Made by a program: the position numbers and the translations under genes. This document shows positions 29,422 to 39,823 of a stretch of 64,000 nt of DNA, piece by piece. The first letter of the stretch is position 1; the number at the start of each line of letters is the position of its first letter. The DNA is from an uncultured bacterium (GTDB lineage: Bacteria; JAJVIF01; JAPKYR01). The DNA is taken from NCBI GenBank assembly GCA_965369865.1, contig CBDURU010000003.1, positions 1 to 64,000 of the forward strand. The letters are read 5' to 3'. The notes under the pieces are model-generated. The model was not told the origin of the DNA and did no database searches. It was given only the letters and a program-made list of their open reading frames with translations.

Positions 29422-30990
29422 TTGAAGTTATACCGCCACATAAACACATTCACATCGATCCTGGCGGCGATCACGATGGTCGCCTTGCCTGTCATTCTAC
29501 TCGCGCAGGAAACCAATCTTCTGCTCCCCGGAGGCGACATGCTCTCGGTACAGGGGGATGAGTTTATATTCGAACAGGCATATGAAGAAATTGAGGGTGA
29601 GCTTGTGCTCCGGGAACGTGCGTTATGGGACGGTAACGTGACCGCGTCGTTTGGCGACATCCTGATCGAGACGGGCCATATAGAAGCACTTTTCGACGGT
29701 GAGCAGGTTTCAAGGCTTGAAGCCGGTCCGGAGGTAATAGTTACGGGCATGGACGGCAAGGCCCGGTTCGAGTGCCATGACATGGTGATCGATTTCCCGA
29801 AGTCAGAAGAGGAGGTCGGGGTTTACAGCGGGGTCTGTACCGATGTCCGCGGGTCGTATATCGTGTCACCCGCTGATTTCGGTTATGGAATATCTGAAAC
29901 CTATGAGGTCAACTTCACCGCGGATATCATGTGGCTTGGAACCGATTCGGCGATCCTCAAGCGTCCCTGCCTGTCACTTGGCGATCTCGATAATCCCGAC
30001 CTTGCATTTGACTCCCGCGAAATCAATTTTGATGTCGGGACACATCCGTTAACCGGAAATCGCGAAATCCTTCGCGCCGCAACATCGAATGTCTCGGTTA
30101 CAATTTTCGGTAACAGGATTAACTTGGTTCCATTCCCGTTACGCCGGAGTTTCCTTCGAATCACCGAGCCGGGATTTACATTTCCACTGCCTGAGATCGG
30201 TGTCGAAAAAGATGCCGGATTTCATATCGCACAGTCGGTTGCGTACGATTTCGTGCTGGATACATTCGAGGTAGGTCCGCAATTGATTTTTGAGCTGGAT
30301 CTGTTCCCATGGGACCGTTCATATCCGGAACTCAGGCTGGAAGGCGATCTCGGAGATTACAGCGGTGAGATCAGGACCGGTTACAGGAGGGAAGAAAACT
30401 GGGACGGGTACACAGTGCCGACCCGCGCGGAACCTGAAATTACGATCAGACGGGACATGGCGCAGGTAGGAGACTCCCGGTTTGGTTTCCAGCTATCGGG
30501 ATTCTGGGGGCATCTTCGCGATATGACTACCGGTACCGACCTTGACCGTTGGGGATACAGCGCGATAATCGAGCATTCCGGAATCAGGTTCGATGATTTC
30601 TCGCTGACAGGTTCGCTTGCGTACCTCGATAAATTTTATGAGCGGGGACACAACTATGCCACTCTCGAGAGCGGACTCAGGTTGAGATATATGGATTCTC
30701 CCAACTGGGGGGTAACCCTGACGTACAGTTATTTAAGCGACTGGGGTAGAACGCCGTTCAGGTTCGATATCCCTGGAGTGAGGGAAGTGATCGGACTAAG
30801 GCAACAGACACGAATCAGCCGGCGGTGGGGTGCTGGGATAGACTGGGCATGGGATCTTATTAAGGATGACTTCGAGCATCAGGAATATCACATGACCTAT
30901 ATACTCGATTCGTTCCAGGTTTCGCTTGGATGGGATACCAGGGACAAAACTGCATCAATTTTCTTCGGTCTGCCTGGAAGCCTGAAGTAA
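29422..30990 (+). CDS. Putative outer-membrane beta-barrel protein, LptD-like
   Basis: Signal peptide, OstA-like N-terminal segment, alternating aromatic beta-strand pattern, TPFRFD motif. Confidence 0.5.
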   Translation: MKLYRHINTFTSILAAITMVALPVILLAQETNLLLPGGDMLSVQGDEFIFEQAYEEIEGELVLRERALWDGNVTASFGDILIETGHIEALFDGEQVSRLEAGPEVIVTGMDGKARFECHDMVIDFPKSEEEVGVYSGVCTDVRGSYIVSPADFGYGISETYEVNFTADIMWLGTDSAILKRPCLSLGDLDNPDLAFDSREINFDVGTHPLTGNREILRAATSNVSVTIFGNRINLVPFPLRRSFLRITEPGFTFPLPEIGVEKDAGFHIAQSVAYDFVLDTFEVGPQLIFELDLFPWDRSYPELRLEGDLGDYSGEIRTGYRREENWDGYTVPTRAEPEITIRRDMAQVGDSRFGFQLSGFWGHLRDMTTGTDLDRWGYSAIIEHSGIRFDDFSLTGSLAYLDKFYERGHNYATLESGLRLRYMDSPNWGVTLTYSYLSDWGRTPFRFDIPGVREVIGLRQQTRISRRWGAGIDWAWDLIKDDFEHQEYHMTYILDSFQVSLGWDTRDKTASIFFGLPGSLK

Positions 30991-31004
30991 ATAAAAAGCA
31001 AAAA

Positions 31005-31949
31005 TTACTCACCCGTATCCCACAAATGCCTTCGGAAAAATACATTGATCCTGTTCAGATACGCCTGGTCATGGACATACGTCGTGTGGTCCCGACCTTC
31101 GGCAAGGTAGGTTGTAACATCGATTCCGTTCTGCCTGGCGGCATTGAGAAGTAAAAAGTACTGGTCGACATCGATCCTTGTGTCCTCCTGGCCGTGGCTG
31201 AGAAACAATGGGCATTGAATATCGGGAAGAACATCGACCGGGTCCTCGAAGTCGGCCCATTTACCGATAAAAATCGGCGCCATAAGTAAAAAGGTTTTTA
31301 CAAACGTAGGGCGCCAGATTCGGGAAATTCGAAATCCCTTGAACCCCTCCGCCAGATCGTGATACGCCTGCTCCTCAAGATCGGCATATGAAGAATCGAC
31401 GACGACGCAGGCAAGGTCCGGATCCTGCGACGCGGCATAAATGGCTGTCGTACCGCCCATGGAGGACCCGAAAATCCCGATCCGGTGCGGGTCCACATCG
31501 TCACGTTCCCTGAGCCAGTCGATCCCGGCGAGCGCGTCTATCGATTCCCGCCGTCCAAACGTGTTGATTCGCGCGGGATGTACGCCGTGACCGCTCTGGT
31601 CGATCAAAAGCACGCCATAGCCCTGATTCAGCAGAAGCCTTGCGTGCTCCTTAAGTTGTGATCGATTCCCACCCAGTCCATGGAGGAAAAGAATCGCGGC
31701 CCCGTTTTCGCCTTCGTGATACCAGCCAGGCACATATTCACCCTCGGAGTTAAGGCACCGGACCGTCTGGGCCAGCGGACCGAGAGCATCTGTCGGCGAC
31801 CCGGGGATTAGCCTGTCATATTGGGGTAGTACATAGGCTCTCTCTGAAAGTTTGTAAGCCCCAACGAAAAGGATGATCAGCAGGACAATGACAATAGCCA
31901 TGACAGATAAACAACCTACTTTAAGACGTTTTATTAATACTGGACTCAT
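31005..31949 (-). CDS. Alpha/beta hydrolase with N-terminal TM anchor
   Basis: FLHGLGG, GSSMGG nucleophile elbow, HGQEDTRI, C-terminal His. Confidence 0.9.
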   Translation of the reverse strand: MSPVLIKRLKVGCLSVMAIVIVLLIILFVGAYKLSERAYVLPQYDRLIPGSPTDALGPLAQTVRCLNSEGEYVPGWYHEGENGAAILFLHGLGGNRSQLKEHARLLLNQGYGVLLIDQSGHGVHPARINTFGRRESIDALAGIDWLRERDDVDPHRIGIFGSSMGGTTAIYAASQDPDLACVVVDSSYADLEEQAYHDLAEGFKGFRISRIWRPTFVKTFLLMAPIFIGKWADFEDPVDVLPDIQCPLFLSHGQEDTRIDVDQYFLLLNAARQNGIDVTTYLAEGRDHTTYVHDQAYLNRINVFFRRHLWDTGE

Positions 31950-32115
31950 ACTGGTTATCTTATAATTTTAAATTGAGGTTTGTGCAACATATTTACTTCA
32001 TTACATATATAATCATTGTGTTGGCATTCATTTTGCATTAAATGGATTGTGCATTATAATCAGATTGATAACGGGATTTCAAGGCAAACAATTTAATCCA
32101 GTTTGGAGGCATGTT

Positions 32116-33990
32116 ATGTGTTGCAGAAATCCCTTTCTCCTTTTTTTATGTTCTGTAATTCTTCTTACGATCGGATGTTCGAACACTAACGGGACTGTCA
32201 CACCATCAAGTGACGACGATCTCAGTGCTATATTTACCCACACCGCATCCACAACCTGTCAACCGGGGAATATTATTTATTTCGATGCTTCCGAATCCGA
32301 AGTCTCCCCACAGCTCTGGATAGTTGAATATATTTGGGATTGGGGGGATGAGAGCGAGAACGAAACATTCAAAAATTCAATAGTGACTCATATCTACACT
32401 GATGAGGGTTCATATGAAGTGATGCTGACTGTCAGGGATAATATTGGCCTTGAAAATTCAAGCGTACAGATAATCGAAATTTATCCGCCAGGATCCGAAC
32501 CTGTGGCGTTTTTTTCCTTTGAAGCGCCTGATGGCCAACACCCGGGGTTGGAGATAGTTTTCGATGCTTCCGATACGTCCGATCCCGATGGAGATGACTT
32601 GACTTTTACCTGGGATTGGGGAGATGAGAGCGAGTTGGAAACGTCGGGTAACTCAATAATGACTCACATCTACACCGATCCAGGTGTCTATGAAGTGGTC
32701 CTGACAGTCAGGGATATCGTTGGACTGGAAAATTCAAGCAGTCAAACCATCGAGATATACCGGCCCGGGTCCGGGCCGATAGTGGTTTTTTATTATGAAG
32801 CGCCAGGTGGCTGGCAACCGGGGATGGAGCTGATTTTCGATGCTTCCGAATCGTACGATCCTGACGGGGATGAATTAACTTACTTATGGGATTGGGGAGA
32901 TGGAGAAATGACCGGACCCAGCCCTGATCCGGTAACCACCCATGTATTTATTGAAGCAGGGACTTTTGAGGCCAGCGTTACAGTGACAGATTCTGCCGGG
33001 TGGGAAACTATTTCGGACCCTGTTGAAATATCCATCGGGTATCCCGATAACATTACTACGATTGGGACTTTTGATACGGATAGTTTTCACTACCCCTATC
33101 AAAGGGGAGCGCTGATAGAAGTTTATAAAAATTATGCATATGTTTCTTATGGCGAGGCTCTGTATATTTTCGATCTAAATGACCCTGAAGATCCTGAGCT
33201 CATTTGGACCATGGGGGCAGTGGGAGTTTGTCATGGTCTGGCCTTATACCAGGATCACATGTATCTTATAAGCAAATATACAGCCTTGCAGGTACTTGAC
33301 ATTAGCAAACCTGAGCAGCCACATATCGTGCATACAATTTTGGGATCTGGTTTCTGTATTACAATTCACGACGAGATGGCGTATATATGCGGGAATGTTT
33401 CTCAACCCCCAATATTTGAAAAAAATTCTCAGTTTCTTACAATAGACATTCAGGAACCTGCTAATCCTGAAATCCTAAGTACACTGGAATTTTGGAGGGG
33501 GACGAGTGTCACAATATTGAACGGTTATGCGTATATTGTAGATAAAGACTATCACGATACTATGCAGATAATTGATGTTAACGATCCGGCAAACCCAATT
33601 ACCGTGAACACTATCAATCTTACTTCCACCCCATATATGATAAAAGCGTCAATGGGGCGTATATTTTTACTTGAGGCGGATTCATATACAAAAGATGCAC
33701 GTCTTTCAGTTTATGATGTGACAAATCCTTCGATTCCCAGCGTGATAAGTAAAATCACAGGAATGAAAGGCACAGACATGCAGGTGATAGGGAATCATGT
33801 TTACCTTGCGGATTATTCTCTCCATGTCAGGGTTTACGATTTTACCAATCCTGCTGATCCACAATATATCAGCACGGCACCTGTACCAATGGTGCCTACA
33901 TTAGTAGGGGTGTATGAGGATTTAGCTTTTACAGCTTCCTTTAATCCCCCTCAATCAACATTTACATACTCTACAATCCAGCTTTGGTAA
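32116..33990 (+). CDS. Lipoprotein with three PKD domains and LVIVD-repeat propeller
   Basis: Lipobox TIGC; 3x FDAS..WDWGD..H.Y/F..G.Y/F.V..TV.D; repeated YAY..DxxxPxxP. GGAGG RBS before ATG 32116. Confidence 0.88.
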   Translation: MCCRNPFLLFLCSVILLTIGCSNTNGTVTPSSDDDLSAIFTHTASTTCQPGNIIYFDASESEVSPQLWIVEYIWDWGDESENETFKNSIVTHIYTDEGSYEVMLTVRDNIGLENSSVQIIEIYPPGSEPVAFFSFEAPDGQHPGLEIVFDASDTSDPDGDDLTFTWDWGDESELETSGNSIMTHIYTDPGVYEVVLTVRDIVGLENSSSQTIEIYRPGSGPIVVFYYEAPGGWQPGMELIFDASESYDPDGDELTYLWDWGDGEMTGPSPDPVTTHVFIEAGTFEASVTVTDSAGWETISDPVEISIGYPDNITTIGTFDTDSFHYPYQRGALIEVYKNYAYVSYGEALYIFDLNDPEDPELIWTMGAVGVCHGLALYQDHMYLISKYTALQVLDISKPEQPHIVHTILGSGFCITIHDEMAYICGNVSQPPIFEKNSQFLTIDIQEPANPEILSTLEFWRGTSVTILNGYAYIVDKDYHDTMQIIDVNDPANPITVNTINLTSTPYMIKASMGRIFLLEADSYTKDARLSVYDVTNPSIPSVISKITGMKGTDMQVIGNHVYLADYSLHVRVYDFTNPADPQYISTAPVPMVPTLVGVYEDLAFTASFNPPQSTFTYSTIQLW

Positions 33991-34038
33991 AAACTGTTCA
34001 ATGATGTTCAACTGTCCTTATTGTTGATTATATTTTCA

Positions 34039-36600
34039 TTATTTCGCGACGAAATTCACCAGTTTGTTCGGTACAACTATCACCTTCACGATTTCTTTGC
34101 CTTCAAGGTGTTTTCTGACCTTTTCTGTTTTACATGCTTCTTCGAGGTCGGCTTTGCTGATATCGGCCGGGACCTCAATCGCGTCCCGCAGTTTACCCAT
34201 CACCTGGATCGCGATTTTCATCGTGTCCCGAAGCAGAAATTCCTCGTTGAATTTAGGCCAACGAGTCTGGAAAATGCTTTCGGAATTACCGAGACCCTCC
34301 CAGCATTCCTCGGCGATATGCGGCGCGTATGGCGACAGCAGCCGTAATAAAATTCCGATACCTTTTGCCAGATCGGAGCGGTTCGATTCGTTCGATGAGT
34401 CATACCGTTTCGACGCAAAATCCGCCAGCGTGTTGTAAAGCTCCATCATCCGTGCGATCGCTGTGTTCAATGTCATGCGCTCGTCGATATCCAGGGTTAC
34501 TTCCCGGATGGCGTAATGCACAGCCCTCCTGACATCCTCATCCTCGATTTCACCAACCGGGCCATCGGTCGGAACCAGGCCGCCGCATTCCTCACGATAT
34601 TTATAAACCAGACGCCATATACGGTTCAGGAAACGGTACTGTCCTTCCATGCCGGTCATGCGGTAGACCGATGGTGGATAGGTATCTTTTGGCTCGTCCG
34701 GGCCGCGTTCGATATGATCCTCCCAATCAATATCCCGCTCCGGGGGCGACGCGAACAGAATGAACAAGCGGGTGGTGTCAGCGCCGTATAGTTTTGTCAG
34801 GCTCTTTGGATCCTCGACATTGCCCTGGCTTTTCGACATTTTCTTTCCGCCCCACATTACGATTCCCTGGGTCAGGAGTTTCGGAGCGGGTTCGTCATGA
34901 TTCAGCCATCCGGCGTCATACAGAACCTTGGTAAAGAATCTGAAATACATCAGGTGCATGATCGCGTGTTCGGGTCCACCGATGTACAAATCCACCGGAC
35001 ACCAGTATTCGACATCCTCCTTCCGGAATGGGACATCGCCAGCATCCGGCGAACAATATCGAAGGAAATACCAGGATGAATCGACAAAGGTGTCCATTGT
35101 GTCGGTCTCGCGTTTGCCGGGACCGCCGCAGGTCGGGCAGTTGGCATTAACCCAGTCGTGCGCGGTCGCAAGCGGGCTTCCTTCGCCGCCTATGAAATCA
35201 ACTTTCTCTTTCGGCGGCAGCAATACCGGCAACTGATTTTCGGGCACGACGACAGGTCCGCATTTTTCGCAATGGATAATCGGGATCGGCGTACCCCAGT
35301 ATCTCTGGCGCGAGATCAGCCAGTCACGCAGCCGGTAATTGATTGTCAGACCGCCCATATTCATCTCATTTAATTTATCAGCGACAACTCCCATGAACTC
35401 AGTCGATTTCATACCTTCATATTCTTCACCGCTGTTGACCATCACACCGGATTCGGTAAATGCCTCTTCTATCGGGGAGTCGGGATCGATGTCGCTCCCT
35501 TCGGGTTTGATAACCCGAATAATCGGCAGGTTGTAGCGTGTGGCGAACATGAAGTCGCGGGTATCATGGCCGGGAACGCACATGACCGCTCCAGTACCGT
35601 ACTCGGCCAGAACGTAATTACCGATCAGGATCGGAATTTCCTTACCGTTGATCGGATTAATGCATGTTCGTCCCAGGTGCATGCCGATTTTTTCGCTGTC
35701 CTCGCTCGTACGTTCGATCTCGGACTGCATGATGCACTTTTTGACAAACGCGCGGACCTCGTCCAATTTTTCAGGAACGGTCAGTAGTTCGACATACGGG
35801 TGTTCGGGAGCGAGGACCATGTAAGTACATCCGTGCAGAGTGTCGGGACGGGTGGTGAAAACCTCGATATCATGGTCGAATCCGGGCACCTCGAATGAAA
35901 TCATGCAACCCTCACTCCGTCCGATCCATGCGCGCTGCATGTCGGTTACCCTGTCCGGCCATCCCCCCTTAAGTTTCTGTAAGTCATCCAGCAGGCGTTC
36001 AGCGTATTCAGTGGTTTTGAAATACCACTGCTTCAGTTTCCTGATTTCGATTTCGGTGGAGCATCGTTCGCAGGATCCGGATTCCGCCTGCTCGTTCGCC
36101 AGTACGGTCTGGCACTTCGGGCAGTAATTGACCCGGGCTTCCTTCTGGTAAGCAAGGCCGCGATCGAACATCAGTTTGAACATCCACTGGGTCCACCTGT
36201 AATAATCCGGACGATGGCAGGCGACTTCCCTTCGCCAGTCGTACGAGAATCCCATTCCGGTAATCTGCTCGCGGATGTACTGGATATTCTCCTCGGTCCA
36301 GGGACCGGGATCGGCGTCTTCCGCGATCGCCGCGTTTTCAGCGGGCAGGCCGAATGAATCGAAACCCATCGGATGGATGACGTTGAATCCTCTCAATGCC
36401 TTGTAGCGCGCGAAAACATCGCCGATCACATACACCCTCGTGTTGCCCATGTGAAGGCCTGAACCGGATGGGTAGGGGTACATTTCCAGGACGTAATATT
36501 TTGGTTTACCGGGCTCTGTTTCGGTTTCGAACAGGCGGTCTTCCGTCCAGCGTTTCCGCCACTTCTCCTCGACCAGTTGGTAGTTATATTTCGGTTCCAT
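34039..36600 (-). CDS. leuS: Leucine--tRNA ligase
   Basis: MYPYPSG.LHMG, FTTRPDT, GTGAVM.VPGHD, WLISRQRYWG, DTMDTFVDSSWY, KMSKS. Confidence 0.98.
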   Translation of the reverse strand: MEPKYNYQLVEEKWRKRWTEDRLFETETEPGKPKYYVLEMYPYPSGSGLHMGNTRVYVIGDVFARYKALRGFNVIHPMGFDSFGLPAENAAIAEDADPGPWTEENIQYIREQITGMGFSYDWRREVACHRPDYYRWTQWMFKLMFDRGLAYQKEARVNYCPKCQTVLANEQAESGSCERCSTEIEIRKLKQWYFKTTEYAERLLDDLQKLKGGWPDRVTDMQRAWIGRSEGCMISFEVPGFDHDIEVFTTRPDTLHGCTYMVLAPEHPYVELLTVPEKLDEVRAFVKKCIMQSEIERTSEDSEKIGMHLGRTCINPINGKEIPILIGNYVLAEYGTGAVMCVPGHDTRDFMFATRYNLPIIRVIKPEGSDIDPDSPIEEAFTESGVMVNSGEEYEGMKSTEFMGVVADKLNEMNMGGLTINYRLRDWLISRQRYWGTPIPIIHCEKCGPVVVPENQLPVLLPPKEKVDFIGGEGSPLATAHDWVNANCPTCGGPGKRETDTMDTFVDSSWYFLRYCSPDAGDVPFRKEDVEYWCPVDLYIGGPEHAIMHLMYFRFFTKVLYDAGWLNHDEPAPKLLTQGIVMWGGKKMSKSQGNVEDPKSLTKLYGADTTRLFILFASPPERDIDWEDHIERGPDEPKDTYPPSVYRMTGMEGQYRFLNRIWRLVYKYREECGGLVPTDGPVGEIEDEDVRRAVHYAIREVTLDIDERMTLNTAIARMMELYNTLADFASKRYDSSNESNRSDLAKGIGILLRLLSPYAPHIAEECWEGLGNSESIFQTRWPKFNEEFLLRDTMKIAIQVMGKLRDAIEVPADISKADLEEACKTEKVRKHLEGKEIVKVIVVPNKLVNFVAK

Positions 36601-36751
36601 TGAAATCTCTGTAATCTCCTTAAAGAACTCGAACAGAAAACCATGGCGATGATTGGTTACTGATCCTGTTCGATATTATACTGATTTGGATGCGTCCTGT
36701 TATTGAAGGGGGGAACCGACGGACACGTGCCGGGGTTGTGCCTGGCCCACA

Positions 36752-36817
36752 TCAACGGGATGCGGGCCGTAGAAGGTCGAGGTGAAGTACGAAGAAATTT
36801 GGAAACGGTTTCGACAT
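36752..36817 (-). CDS. Possible leader peptide upstream of leuS (MSKPFPNFFVLHLDLLRPASR)
   Basis: Four Leu codons within six; stop codon lies inside a 10-bp hairpin; weak RBS. Confidence 0.3.
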   Translation of the reverse strand: MSKPFPNFFVLHLDLLRPASR

Positions 36818-36855
36818 TTTTATTTCACATAAATAGAATCCTGTTCCGTGGGTGT

Positions 36856-36884
36856 TATATACACTGATGAAACCGATGTGTCAA
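36856..36884 (-). promoter_or_regulatory. Candidate promoter for the leuS leader
   Basis: Minus strand TTGACA, 17 bp, TATATA (imperfect -10). Confidence 0.4.
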
Positions 36885-36930
36885 GGCTTTCAAGGCTTAA
36901 AATCAGGCAGGTCGGCAGCAGGATCGGAAA

Positions 36931-37056
36931 CTTAGATGCTTTGAATTCATGGGGACGCTTTTCCATGCTTCCAGCGTTGAAAGTGTCCCCATGAATTCTT
37001 AGTTACACGGGACACCTTCAATGCTGGAAGCATGGAAAGGCGTCCCTGAATCTAAG
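36931..37056. repeat. Inverted pair of 38-bp palindromic REP-like elements
   Basis: 36952-36989 matches the reverse complement of 37009-37046 at 35/38. The first unit is itself flanked by gaattcatgggg/ccccatgaattc. Confidence 0.8.
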
Positions 37057-37110
37057 ATTGGTCTTACATCGAGGATGTTCCCATTCAATACCGAGTAAAA
37101 AAAAATTCTA

Positions 37111-37141
37111 AAAACAAAAAACCGCTGGTGATTCAGCGGTT
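37111..37141 (-). terminator. Intrinsic terminator of the MarR gene
   Basis: aaccgctg/cagcggtt stem followed by a T-run on the minus strand. Confidence 0.75.
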
Positions 37142-37179
37142 ACGTTTTTAGTCAAATTGATGAGTGGGAGAAATACCGG

Positions 37180-37611
37180 TCAGTTTTCAAGCTCGGTAAC
37201 CTGTGCCATCAGACGTTTCAGGAGATGGTTTAGTTCCTTTTTGTCCTTGACATTGAAACCGTTGAACAGCCGGTCTCCCCATTGGTTCTTGACAGGCTGG
37301 ATGTCGCGAAGAACTTTCTTGCCCTTCGCGGTGACGACTGCACGGATGACGCGCCGGTCCTTGGGATCGTCCTTGCGTTTCGCAAGTCCATCCCTTTCCA
37401 TTCTGTCAATCAAGCCGGTAATGTTACCCTTGGTGACATCGAGGTGCTTACCGAGCTCGCTTAACGGGATCCCTGTCGATCCGGAATCGTTAAGAATGTC
37501 CAGAACAGCCCACTGCTGCTGGGTAGCTCCGAGTACTCCGGCAATCCTGTTGCCCATGCGACGAAGCATGTTGTCAAGTTTGAAGATCGTCGAGATGATT
37601 TCTTCTTCCAT
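37180..37611 (-). CDS. MarR-family transcriptional regulator
   Basis: TQQQWAVL, LSELG.HLDVTKGNITGLIDRME.DG, DRR...VTAKG. Confidence 0.93.
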   Translation of the reverse strand: MEEEIISTIFKLDNMLRRMGNRIAGVLGATQQQWAVLDILNDSGSTGIPLSELGKHLDVTKGNITGLIDRMERDGLAKRKDDPKDRRVIRAVVTAKGKKVLRDIQPVKNQWGDRLFNGFNVKDKKELNHLLKRLMAQVTELEN

Positions 37612-38101
37612 TGTGCTCTCTCATTTCATTTTACCGGGAACTGTGTCCCGGTAATATATATTTTTATCCTGACACATCTATTAAAGATGCCGGATGAAAT
37701 CCATAAAAAAAATCTTAATTCCCCAACATAATTTCTATTAATACCAGAAGGTTTATACTCCTATCGGCCCGTCAACCGGACAGTATTCTATCACGTAATG
37801 TCCAAGATGTCAGTATATAATTCCAGATTTTTAATATTATTTATCAAGCAAACTGTCAATGTACATTTTGAACGATGATTCAAGGTAAATGCGCGACCTG
37901 ACCCGGTTTATGCCTGTTCCAAAGGGATTTCAGGGATTCCTGGCGAGCCGATCCCGCTAATTGCCCGTATTGATCGGGAAAGCTCAGAAGCGGAAGGTAC
38001 TCATGATAATTAATGCGGAAGATCGCTTATGTAAATTTGTGACATATTTATTTTAAACTATGGGATGGAAGTAATGGTGCCGTTTAACCATGGTCCCGGT
38101 G

Positions 38102-39823
38102 TTACAGAACACGTCTTGCGCACACGAACCGGTCGTTGTAATAACCGGTGTCCAGCGGGCTTATAACAACACCGCCGCGGTGGCTTGAAGAGTGAATAAA
38201 ATCACCGTTTCCGATATATAAACCAACGTGGCTGATTCCTGTTCGGGTGGTGTGGAACAGGACAATGTCGCCGGGGAGCAGGTCGGAATAGTCAACAGAA
38301 GCGCCATGGTCGGCCTGTTCGACGGCGCGATGAGGGAGGGAAACGCTGAACATCGAGTAAAGGGCCATGGTAAACCCGGAACAATCGACGCCACCGGTCA
38401 GGCTCGTGCCCGCCCAGACATAAGGCGTGCCAAGATATTTAATAGCTTCCTCGACAACCGCCTGACCGGTCGATGAACCGGAGCCGGAGCCGATTGGGGT
38501 ATCCGGGGCGCCATAGTTGACATTCCCCGATGAAGGCGCGGGGACAGGTGGACGGGGCAGCGGTATCCTGAGGTCGCGCCCGATCCTCAGGGATGTCCTG
38601 ATATCAAGTCCGTTCCGGTCCTTCAGTTCACTCTGCGTGATTTCGAACGCATGAGCGACTTCACTGATCGTGTCTCCGCGGCGTACGGTATAGAGATGGT
38701 AGGGGGTTCCGTCACTGAATGTCCCGTCATTTGACAGACCATCTTCCGATACAGGCGATGGGTCCGGTGTTGAAAGTTCAGGAGGCGTGATGAGGGTAAA
38801 ATCGAATATTTCAGAATGCCAGCCCGTTAGATCCTCGAACTGATCGATTGGTTCCTCAATGACAATGGGCTGCAATGGTTGCAGCTCGTCGGAGTAATCC
38901 TCGGGTGGATCGGGGACGATCGGGTCAGGCTGTGATTTAACTATCGGAGCTGACCGGTAGGTAGGAACTACAAGCTCGGACCCTTCGCGCAATAAACTGT
39001 CCACCATGAGATTATTGGCCTCGGTCAGGGCAGCGAGTGAGATTTCGTTACGTTCCGCGATTTCGCTGAGCGTATCCCCTGAAATGACAATATAACTTTC
39101 CCAGGTCGAGGATCGTGACTGGAGGTTGTCGAGGTCAGCGGGGATCAGGAGTTCATCACCGACATGCAGGATCGCACCCTCGGTGAGATTATTATATGAA
39201 AGAACCGTTTGGACGCCGACCCCGAACTCCCGGGCGATTGTCCACGGGTTATCTCCCGCTTGTACCTGGTAGCGCAGGGGTTCGGGTAGCGGTTCGGAAA
39301 TTTCTTCTGTATCCTCAGCGGATTCAGCGTTCCCCTGGTATTCATAATCGGAAGGAGGAATACTCAGCATCTGACCCGGCTGGATGAGGTCATCTTCGGT
39401 AAGGTCGTTGAATTCGAGAAGGACAAGCGTGCCGATCTGGAAACGGTGCGCGATCATGTAGGGGTTATCGCCGTGTTGGACGATATAGGTCGTTTCCCTG
39501 GTGGATTCCGATTCTTCATTATCCGTTTCGGTGTCCGTGGAATCCTCGCCGCGATCGGATGGGATTGCGACGCACTGTCCAATCTGCAGAACCGGGTTTT
39601 CATCGGATGCCCATCCGTTGGCGGCGTAAAGATCGCCCAGGCCGACGCCGAACCGTAAGGCAATCGACCAGGCTGAATCGCCGTCCTCAACAACGTAGAT
39701 AACGTCCGCCGAAACGGGCCCGGCAAGCATAAGCCAGATGAAAATTGGCAGCAGGCAGAACAATAATCCCCGCCTGCCGTTAAATTGATTGGATTTACGT
39801 ATCAAAATACGCTTAACCTTCAA
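38102..39823 (-). CDS. LysM (x5) + NlpC/P60 cell-wall hydrolase
   Basis: Five Y.V..GD..IA-type LysM repeats; YLGTPYVWAG, DCSGF, HVGLYIG, HSS. Confidence 0.93.
   Translation of the reverse strand: MKVKRILIRKSNQFNGRRGLLFCLLPIFIWLMLAGPVSADVIYVVEDGDSAWSIALRFGVGLGDLYAANGWASDENPVLQIGQCVAIPSDRGEDSTDTETDNEESESTRETTYIVQHGDNPYMIAHRFQIGTLVLLEFNDLTEDDLIQPGQMLSIPPSDYEYQGNAESAEDTEEISEPLPEPLRYQVQAGDNPWTIAREFGVGVQTVLSYNNLTEGAILHVGDELLIPADLDNLQSRSSTWESYIVISGDTLSEIAERNEISLAALTEANNLMVDSLLREGSELVVPTYRSAPIVKSQPDPIVPDPPEDYSDELQPLQPIVIEEPIDQFEDLTGWHSEIFDFTLITPPELSTPDPSPVSEDGLSNDGTFSDGTPYHLYTVRRGDTISEVAHAFEITQSELKDRNGLDIRTSLRIGRDLRIPLPRPPVPAPSSGNVNYGAPDTPIGSGSGSSTGQAVVEEAIKYLGTPYVWAGTSLTGGVDCSGFTMALYSMFSVSLPHRAVEQADHGASVDYSDLLPGDIVLFHTTRTGISHVGLYIGNGDFIHSSSHRGGVVISPLDTGYYNDRFVCARRVL

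Noticed and set aside
29307..29783. 159-aa N-terminal extension of rmuC
   Set aside because: Overlaps the divergent 29422..30990 gene; a good RBS and ATG exist at 29306.
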